Assembly (NCBI GenBank): GCA_031425655.1
Contig: JANPJS010000251.1
Location: forward strand, 1-27,062
From: Abditibacteriaceae bacterium
GTDB taxonomy: Bacteria > Armatimonadota > Abditibacteriia > Abditibacteriales > Abditibacteriaceae
Direction of reading: 5' to 3'
DNA: 27,062 nucleotides
Part shown: positions 18,068 to 25,255 of the stretch, in pieces
Numbering within the stretch: position 1 is the stretch's first letter
Layout: each line of letters begins with the position of its first letter
Notes under the pieces: generated by a model
What the model was told of the DNA's origin: nothing
Seen by the model: only the letters and a program-made list of their open reading frames with translations
Database searches by the model: none
Translations under genes and position numbers: made by a program

Positions 18068-19496
18068 TTATTGGCTGCTCAAGCTCTCCAAAACACTTTG
18101 AGATTCCACCATGGAATACACGTCTACCAATTCAAGCGACAATTTTTCACCTGAATTTTCAGAAAGGATCATCTTCCTCAATTCACCTGTGGAGAGAGAC
18201 GTTCGGCCTGTAACACGCCCACCGCAAAGGCCAAGTGAAATCTCAGTGCCAAGCAATTGCATTTTCTGCTCCTCCAAGCCCGTTTCTATTGAGATATAAC
18301 CACCTGACTTCTCTAAATCCGACAACATACGCTCCATCAATTCTGGAGAGGCCCGAAGAATTTCCCTGTTGAACGGGACGTTCACATGACCACCGGAACG
18401 AAAATCTCGTCCTGTTGCCAAAATCGCCAAGGCGTTTTCAATTGTCTCTGCGTCCTGTGCGCTAATGCGCCAGTCGGGAACGTGAAAAATGCAACCTGTG
18501 CGGATTTCTATAGCGCACAGCATTTCAACCATTTGTTTATATTCAGGTGGTATTCCGTTGCCCTGAGCAGGAAATTCGACCCAACTCGCCTCTTTCTCTT
18601 CGCCGTGCTTGAGATAAGTCAGCCGCAATCGGCCACCTGCAAGAAAAATCGACCAAAATGGGATTACCCGCCGCAGTTCTTGTGCGGTTGGGTATGCGTT
18701 AGAGAGAGATAAAGTAATCTGTGGAAATTCATCCGCCTTCTTTTGGGTCAGAGATACGAAAAAGGGCGACGCCTTTCTTTCCGGAGCATCAGGCGTTGCT
18801 TCATGGCCGTTAGCGTATGTGAATTGTTCTGAGCCTCGCTTAACTAATCGCAATTCGATGTAGGAAATCTCTGCGCGAAGGCTATCCGATGACTCGATTT
18901 CTAATTTGATTGGATAGGTTTCCTTTGAAGGCGAAATGCCCATAAAGGTTAACTTTGTTGGCCAATCAAGAATGGGGCCAAGAAGTCGAGCATCTCGCTC
19001 GTTCATCTGCAAATATTTGCCATCAATCGTGACACGTTCGCCAGTGGCTTGGAAATGCAAGAAGGCTTCTAAATCCACTTTTGCCTCTGGCGCATCAGGA
19101 ACAGCAACAGTGAATTTCCTCATAAACCAACGGGTAATCGAATCTTGCCCCTCTTTGATGAGGTGCATTCGTAAAATCACAAAGCCGTTGTCATCGGTTG
19201 TTTGAGCTGCGGGGAACCGAACACTAACCTCTTTTTGCCCATTTCGCCAATCTGGATTCTCTTCGTCGAGTTTGGTCACCATGGCAGAAGCAAGCGCCCA
19301 ATATCCAGATTTTTTATTTATGTCCCAAAGAATCACGACCACTGGAATCGTCGAAACTTCCCAATGCACCAAGTCCTTCACCTCAAGTGAATAACTCACT
19401 TCTTTGGTGCTTTTGAGGCGATGGCTTTCAATGTCGTTTGTGCTCTTGAGTTGAATGTCGAATTTCAACCCGGTGGATTCACCGTCTTCGTAAATA
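18068..19496 (-). pseudogene. DUF4365-like (PD-(D/E)XK) domain protein, apparently 5'-truncated, AT-richer
   Basis: The frame reads IYEDGESTGLKFDIQLKST...YSLEVKDLVHW...PVVVILWD...YW. Upstream of 'IYEDG' there is no plausible start and an in-frame TAA at 19561-19559, so the expected DxGxD segment is absent. Confidence 0.6.
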
Positions 19497-19562
19497 AGGA
19501 AAACGGAATCTCGCTGGCAACAGCAAAGCCATTTCGTTTTTGGGTAGCAAGTTTCCTCTTAT

Positions 19563-19622
19563 AAACAAAACGGCCCTGCCGAAGAACGAAAGTTTCCGTT
19601 CCTCGGCAGGGCCGTTTTGTTT
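19563..19622. terminator. Long hairpin with A/T tails, probable (bidirectional) intrinsic terminator after the TPR gene
   Basis: AAACAAAACGGCCCTGCCGA (19563-19582) pairs with TCGGCAGGGCCGTTTTGTTT (19603-19622). Confidence 0.8.
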
Positions 19623-19629
19623 CATTCAA

Positions 19630-19675
19630 CACGCGACTCAGCGTTTCTTCTTCACGCGACTCAGCGTTTCTTCTT
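19630..19675. repeat. Perfect 23-bp tandem duplication spanning the TPR gene stop codon
   Basis: CACGCGACTCAGCGTTTCTTCTT occurs at 19630-19652 and 19653-19675. Confidence 0.95.
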
Positions 19676-21652
19676 CGCCGCGTTGATTTTCTTGCGAAGC
19701 GGCGCGATGACGGGATGGCCGGGCACCATTTCTTCCATCATTTGCAAGTATTGGAGCGCCGCATCCACCATTTCCTGCGCCAAAAAAAGCTCGATTTGCG
19801 CGATATACCATGCTACAAACTCGCTGAAGTGCAGGCGGCGGTATTCCGACATCGGCTTCAAAAGCTCCTGAGCCGCCTCGAAATCGCCCAAGCGCGTTTT
19901 CAGACGGGCCAGCGCTAAGCGGCCAAAAAGATACTCCGGGTGCTCTTGGAAAAGCTGCTCAATCAAACGGTCGGCTTCGGCGCAGCGGCCCTGCCCCTCA
20001 AGAGCCGTTAAGTAGTTGTAACGCAGCGCCGGGTCGTCGGGACAGCGTTCAAGAGCGTTTTGCAGCAGCATTTCCGCTGCCACGGAGTCGCCGTCTCGCA
20101 GAAGGTCATGGGCTTTGTTCGCCAAATCTTGCGTAGCGCGGTCGAGATGCAGATCGGATTCGTCGTGCAGTTCGAGGCCCGTCAAAATCAGTTCGCGCTG
20201 CTCGCCCTGCCACCACATCGTCACTGCGCCCTCTGCGCTGCGCGGCAAAACTCCGGTTTCCAAAGCGGTCTGCGCGGCTTGGTGGCGCATCGAATCCGGC
20301 CCCCACGGACTCAGCGCGAAGTCGCTTAGAGCCTTAAGCGCCGCCGGAGTGCGCGCAGTGTTCGCGATCATCAGGGCGAATTGGCGCCCCGCAGGGTCGC
20401 CGCGTTCCAGCAAGAGCGGCAGCAGGGCTTCGATTTCGGGATGATTTTCCAGATAACGCTTCATTTTGTGTTGAAACGCCGCCTCTTCGGCTTCGGGAGA
20501 GCGCCACGCTTTGCCGCGCCCGCCGGGGCCGGTCGTCGTTTTCACATTCTGCAATAGCTCTTGAATAGTCGCTTCGCGTATCCAGTAACCAAACGAGAAA
20601 GGCCACGGCGCGTGGCGCTCGCCGGCAGGTTTTTTGAGGTCGCTCAGATTCTCGCGCACCGTTTCAATCATCGGGTTTGCCGCGTCCCGACTGGCGATTT
20701 TCCACCACCCGCGCGCCTCGCCTTCCTGCCCCAACCGCCAAGCGGACACCGCCGCCAAATGCGCCATCATGGCATCGGCGCCCGGCGACTGCTTGATTTT
20801 TCGCGCCCGCGCGTCGGCGGCGATTTCCAGCACGCCCGCATCGTCGCCTAAGTAGGCAAGCGCCTCAACTTTTTTGAGCGACACATCGAAACCCCTCTCG
20901 CGGCTGGCTTTGAGTTGCACCGCCCATTTTTGGGCCTCGTCGCAACGCCCGGCAAAGACGCAAAAGCGCGTCAGGTTGCTCAAAGCGTGAATATTGCCGG
21001 GCGAACCTTGCAAAACGCGCTGAGAGAGAGCGATCGCGCCCGTATACTCGCCGTCGAGCGAGAGAATCTGGCTGAGATTATTGAGGGCGGGCACGAAATC
21101 GGGCCGCTGTTGCAGCAGCTTTTCTGCGGTGCGGCGGGCGGCTTTGCGTTGGCCGGTTTCCACAAAAACGTTGATTTCCTCGTGCCAAACAGCGATTTGC
21201 GAATCTTCGGGCGTCAAGCCACTCTGCGCGAAAACATCGGCAATTTCGGGCCGCAATTTCATCACGTCGCGGCGGGTTTTGGCCGCATCTTCGTGATCGG
21301 GAAAACGCCTCAAAAACTCCTCGAAGGTTTGTAGCGCCAGCATCGGAAACGGATGCATCATATAACTTACCGCCAGCGCCAGCCAGATGTCGCCGTCGTC
21401 GGGCACGAGTTCCACCAGTTGGCGGCATGCCGTCATGCTGCCGGTCACATCGCTCTGTTCACCGCAAACGCTCGCCAACAGCCGCAAAACATCGGCGCGT
21501 CGGGGAAAACGCCCATTCAGGCTTTCCAACGCTTCGCGCGCTTCGCCCCACTTGCGCCTTTCAATGGCGCGCAACGCCGCGTTCCACTCCATCGCTGCGC
21601 TAAACGGCAGCGGTTTTAAACGACTCGGTGCTTTTGCTTTCTTCTTTGTCAT
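19661..21652 (-). CDS. Tetratricopeptide repeat protein
   Basis: Repeated TPR-like helix pairs ending in P (ELVPDD, RRFPDH, QQRPDFVPALNNL, GSPGNIHALSNL, ERCPDD, QEHPEY). Confidence 0.85.
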   Translation of the reverse strand: MTKKKAKAPSRLKPLPFSAAMEWNAALRAIERRKWGEAREALESLNGRFPRRADVLRLLASVCGEQSDVTGSMTACRQLVELVPDDGDIWLALAVSYMMHPFPMLALQTFEEFLRRFPDHEDAAKTRRDVMKLRPEIADVFAQSGLTPEDSQIAVWHEEINVFVETGQRKAARRTAEKLLQQRPDFVPALNNLSQILSLDGEYTGAIALSQRVLQGSPGNIHALSNLTRFCVFAGRCDEAQKWAVQLKASRERGFDVSLKKVEALAYLGDDAGVLEIAADARARKIKQSPGADAMMAHLAAVSAWRLGQEGEARGWWKIASRDAANPMIETVRENLSDLKKPAGERHAPWPFSFGYWIREATIQELLQNVKTTTGPGGRGKAWRSPEAEEAAFQHKMKRYLENHPEIEALLPLLLERGDPAGRQFALMIANTARTPAALKALSDFALSPWGPDSMRHQAAQTALETGVLPRSAEGAVTMWWQGEQRELILTGLELHDESDLHLDRATQDLANKAHDLLRDGDSVAAEMLLQNALERCPDDPALRYNYLTALEGQGRCAEADRLIEQLFQEHPEYLFGRLALARLKTRLGDFEAAQELLKPMSEYRRLHFSEFVAWYIAQIELFLAQEMVDAALQYLQMMEEMVPGHPVIAPLRKKINAAKKKR

Positions 21653-21714
21653 GTTACTTTATTGCCCTTGTAATCAACGCGCGGCGAAGCCGGCCACGCG
21701 CCAACAGCAGCATT

Positions 21715-22671
21715 TCAATCGAACAGCGCACTCAAACTATCGCCGGTGTGAATGCGCTTAATGGCTTCGCCAAAAAGCGGCGCTACGGAGAGCACTTTCA
21801 GTTTGTCGATGCGCTTTTCATCGGGCACCGCGACGGTGTTGGTAACGGTGACTTGCTTAATTGGACTTTGCGCGAGGCGTTCCATCGCCGGGCCGCACAA
21901 AACGCCGTGCGTGGCGGCAGCGTAAACGTCGTTGGCACCGTATTCCAAGAGCACGCGCGCCGTGTTGACCGTTGTCGAAGCGGCAGCGATTTCGTCGTCC
22001 ACGATGAGACAGTTTTTGCCGCGCACATCGCCGACAACCGCTGTGGCTTCGACTTCCGTATCGCTAATGCGGCGTTTGTCCACGAAAGCGAGCGGCGCAC
22101 GCAGCGTTTGCGCGAAATCACCGGCGCGTTTGGCGTGCCCGGCGTCCGGCGCGACGACAACAAGATTTTCCACGCCCATTTGTTGAAAATGTCTTGAAAG
22201 AATCGGCGTAGCGACTAATGCGTCGGTGGGCACACTGAAAAAACCATGCACTTGCGGCGCGTGCAAAGTCATCGTGAGGACGCGGTTGGCGCCCGCCGTG
22301 ACTAACAAATCGGCCATTAAGCGCCCGGTTATCGAGATGCGCGGCGCGTCTTTTTTATCGCTGCGCGCATACGAATAATAGGGAATCACGGCTGTGATGC
22401 GCCGCGCCGACGCCGAACGCAACGCATCAATGAGAATCAGCAATTCCATGATGTTTTCGTGAACCGGCGAGCCAAACGGCTGAATCACATAAGCATCGGC
22501 TTCGCGCACGTTGTCTTTGATCTGCACGAAGATGTTTTCGTTGGAAAAACGGCTGATTTCGGTCGCGGCCAGCGGTTCGCCCAGATAATCGCAGATTTCC
22601 TGCGCTAATTGCGGATTGCCGCCGCCGCATAAAATTTTCAGTCCCCAGTTGCGTGGGCCTTCAACACTCAT
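21715..22671 (-). CDS. prs: Ribose-phosphate pyrophosphokinase
   Basis: FSNENIFVQI, MELLILIDALRSASARRITAVIPYYSYARSDKK, LHAPQVHGFF, VGDVRGK..LIVDD and ATHGVL. AAGGA SD. Confidence 0.95.
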   Translation of the reverse strand: MSVEGPRNWGLKILCGGGNPQLAQEICDYLGEPLAATEISRFSNENIFVQIKDNVREADAYVIQPFGSPVHENIMELLILIDALRSASARRITAVIPYYSYARSDKKDAPRISITGRLMADLLVTAGANRVLTMTLHAPQVHGFFSVPTDALVATPILSRHFQQMGVENLVVVAPDAGHAKRAGDFAQTLRAPLAFVDKRRISDTEVEATAVVGDVRGKNCLIVDDEIAAASTTVNTARVLLEYGANDVYAAATHGVLCGPAMERLAQSPIKQVTVTNTVAVPDEKRIDKLKVLSVAPLFGEAIKRIHTGDSLSALFD

Positions 22672-22733
22672 TATTATCCTTTTGCTGCGCTTTCAGTATG
22701 CGCGAAAGCGGCAAGATGAGAAGCATCGCCAAC

Positions 22734-22856
22734 TTTTTAATGGAACACGGAGCTTCGCTACACGGCAACGGCTTTGATTTTCGCAGACCAACCCAAATAA
22801 AATCCGTGTAAACCCGTGTCGTTTCCGCGTAGCGAAGCTCCGTGTTCCATTAAAAA
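22734..22856. repeat. Fold-back element with perfect 28-bp arms and TTTTTAA ends, in a divergent promoter region
   Basis: TTTTTAATGGAACACGGAGCTTCGCTAC (22734-22761) is the reverse complement of 22829-22856. Internal CACGG/CCGTG motifs recur. Confidence 0.9.
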
Positions 22857-22931
22857 CTATGCCTGAGAAGTCAAAGTTACATCTAAAACACGTTATATTT
22901 TGCTTGACGGCCAAAATTCGGGAGAAAATCA

Positions 22932-23990
22932 ATGAGCAAGCTGAGAGTCGGCGTCATCGGAACCGGGCGCCGCAAAGAAAAGAAAGATGTGCTGGGCTAC
23001 GCGATGGCCTACGAACACGCCAACGCCTACAAAGCGTTGGATTCGTGCGAAATCGTGGCCTGCGCCGACATCGTCGAAGACAACGCGCGAGCCTTCGCCG
23101 AAACATTCGGCGGCGAGGTTTACACCGATTACAACACGATGTTAAGCGAAGCCAAATTGGATATCGTGAGCATTTGCACTTGGATGCACTTGCACGAGCC
23201 GATGGTTTTAGCCGCTGTCGCAGCGGGCGTGCGCGCCATTCACTGCGAAAAGCCGATGGCCGATTCGTGGGGCGGCGCCAAACGCATGGCGCAGGCTGCT
23301 AAAGCCGCCGGAGTGCAACTCACTTTCAACCATCAGCGACGCTACGGCGAACCGTATGTGAAAGCCAAACAGATGCTCGAAAACGGCGAAATCGGCGATT
23401 TGCAGCGCATGGAATGCGAATGCGGCAACATTTACGATACGGGCACGCATTTCATTGATATGTTCTCGCTTTTCAACGGCGAAACGCCTGCCAAATGGGT
23501 GCTCGGCCAGATTGATTATCGCCGCGAAAACTTGGTTTTCGGCGCGCACTGCGAAAATCAGCAAGTCGTGCTGACGGAATACGAAAACGGCGTTTACGGC
23601 CTGATTTGCACCGGAGCAGGCGGCAAAAGCATCGTTGGCGCGACCAACAAGCTCATCGGCACGCACGGCGAGATTCTCATCGGCATCAACGGCGGCCCGG
23701 CGCTGCGGATTCGTCGTTCCGGCGAACGCGAATGGAGCGATGTGGCAACGCAGGGCGGCATTCACGGCCCCGGTTTCATCGAAAGCGCCATCGCCGATGT
23801 TGTAGATTGCCTGCAAAGCGGACGCAAATGCCAGCTCGACGCCAGCAACGCGCTCATCGCCACGGAAATCATCTTTGGCGCGTATGAAAGCAGCCGCAGA
23901 AGGGGCCGTGTGGATTTCCCTCTCGACATCGAAGACAACCCTCTGCGCTCGATGGTCGAAAGCGGCGATTTGAAGCCGCAAAAAGCGTAA
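22932..23990 (+). CDS. Gfo/Idh/MocA family oxidoreductase
   Basis: LRVGVIGTG, CEKPMA, FNHQRRY and DTGTHFID. GGAG SD. Confidence 0.94.
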   Translation: MSKLRVGVIGTGRRKEKKDVLGYAMAYEHANAYKALDSCEIVACADIVEDNARAFAETFGGEVYTDYNTMLSEAKLDIVSICTWMHLHEPMVLAAVAAGVRAIHCEKPMADSWGGAKRMAQAAKAAGVQLTFNHQRRYGEPYVKAKQMLENGEIGDLQRMECECGNIYDTGTHFIDMFSLFNGETPAKWVLGQIDYRRENLVFGAHCENQQVVLTEYENGVYGLICTGAGGKSIVGATNKLIGTHGEILIGINGGPALRIRRSGEREWSDVATQGGIHGPGFIESAIADVVDCLQSGRKCQLDASNALIATEIIFGAYESSRRRGRVDFPLDIEDNPLRSMVESGDLKPQKA

Positions 23991-24000
23991 CTTCGCCAAA

Positions 24001-24043
24001 AAAACAAAACCGCGCGAGGTAAAGCCTCGCGCGGTTTTGTTTT
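24001..24043. terminator. Bidirectional intrinsic terminator between convergent genes
   Basis: AAAACAAAACCGCGCGAGG-TAAAG-CCTCGCGCGGTTTTGTTTT. Confidence 0.9.
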
Positions 24044-24054
24044 GAGCGATAAAT

Positions 24055-24333
24055 TCAGTCGGATTGTCCGGCTTTCCGCTTCTGCCACACTGTGCCCACA
24101 ATCGCGGCTAAAACGCCAAGCCCGGCCAGACCCGCGCGGCGCATTTTGACGCGGCGGCGCTTACCCAGCATCTTTTCGGCTTCCTCGCGCGGAATACGAA
24201 TCGCGGCGTCCCCGACTTCGTGCGCGATTGCGCCGCACTGCGCCAGCTTTTCGATGGCCGCGTCAGTCACGCGCAGCAAGGCCGCCAATTCGCCGACGGT
24301 GTAATATTCTTTCAATTCGTCTTTAAGCGACAT
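24055..24333 (-). CDS. Excisionase-like (HTH_17) DNA-binding domain with a C-terminal TM anchor
   Basis: YYTVGELAALLRVTDAAIEKLAQCGAI.....G..IRIPR, then GLAGLGVLAAIVGTVW followed by QKRK. Confidence 0.75.
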   Translation of the reverse strand: MSLKDELKEYYTVGELAALLRVTDAAIEKLAQCGAIAHEVGDAAIRIPREEAEKMLGKRRRVKMRRAGLAGLGVLAAIVGTVWQKRKAGQSD

Positions 24334-24342
24334 GATTTAGGA

Positions 24343-24483
24343 TTTAAACACAAAGGCCACAAAAAAAGCACAAAGGACACAAAAGAAATATGTGAAGAGG
24401 TGAAATGAAAAGGCAAAATCTATCAATGGCGCTCTTCATCCTTTTGTGTCCTTTGTGCTTTTTTTGTGGCCTTTGTATTTAAA
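24343..24483. repeat. Fold-back element of CACAAAG-type repeats with TTTAAA ends
   Basis: 43-bp arms 24343-24385 and 24441-24483 are reverse complements with 1 mismatch. The arm contains the PIN gene stop. Confidence 0.92.
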
Positions 24484-25195
24484 ACGGACGCACGACTTCC
24501 AAGCCTGCGATGCCCTGAAACGGCTCAGGATTGCAGGTTAGAATGGGAATTTCATGCGCCAAAGCAGTCGCGGCGATTAGCGCATCAAGCGGTGCCAAAC
24601 CGTTTTCCAGCGTGTGCATCATCATTAGCTCGACTGATTTCGACGAGGCCATCGGCCCAAGCGAAAGCACCGCAAACGGCTGCACAAAGCGACGCAGCGC
24701 CGCCAGTTGATTCTCGTCTTCCGCCGCGTCCAACAAAGAGAGATAAGTCGCGGTCGCAAGGCGCGTTTCCACGCCCGGCGCCTGCCAGAATGCAACTGCT
24801 TCTTCGATGCCCAAAGCCAGCGCCACGCAAATATCGGTGTGCGCTAAAACCGGCGCGTTTTTCGGCAAATCCGACGCGCGCGGCGTGACGATTTCGCCGC
24901 CTTCGACTTCCCATTCGTCGGCGAAATCGGCCCACATTCCGGCGATGGCAATCGGCCCGGTCACGGTTTTCTGCCCTTCATCGCCCGAATTGGTCGCTAA
25001 AACCGCGTGGCCGGTTTCGGCCTTGCGCCACGCGACGGGATCGGTTTTCGAGGCGTCGGCGGTGCGATTCACCATCGGCAAACCGCGCCCGACGGGCGCG
25101 GTTTCTATTTTCAAACCCAGCGCGCGGCCCAAGCGTTCGCGCTCGTCCATCGGCATTTTTACGGCTAATTGCATCACATCTTCAAACAGCGACAT
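24479..25195 (-). CDS. PIN/VapC-like domain protein with a ~110-aa N-terminal extension
   Basis: C-terminal PIN signature LDALIAATALAHEIPILTCNPEPFQGIAGL, and VLAHTDIC at the first strand. GGGGAG SD. Confidence 0.85.
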   Translation of the reverse strand: MSLFEDVMQLAVKMPMDERERLGRALGLKIETAPVGRGLPMVNRTADASKTDPVAWRKAETGHAVLATNSGDEGQKTVTGPIAIAGMWADFADEWEVEGGEIVTPRASDLPKNAPVLAHTDICVALALGIEEAVAFWQAPGVETRLATATYLSLLDAAEDENQLAALRRFVQPFAVLSLGPMASSKSVELMMMHTLENGLAPLDALIAATALAHEIPILTCNPEPFQGIAGLEVVRPF

Positions 25196-25255
25196 AGTTT
25201 TCTCCCCTTCGTGCCTTAGGTTACCGCAAGTAGCGTAGCTTGCGTGGTGATCCTT

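Noticed and set aside
2114..24483. Repeat tracts as a CRISPR array or integron attC sites
   Set aside because: There are no regularly spaced identical direct repeats with unique spacers, no cas or intI gene, and no consistent RYYYAAC/GTTRRRY ends. The arms differ in sequence between elements.
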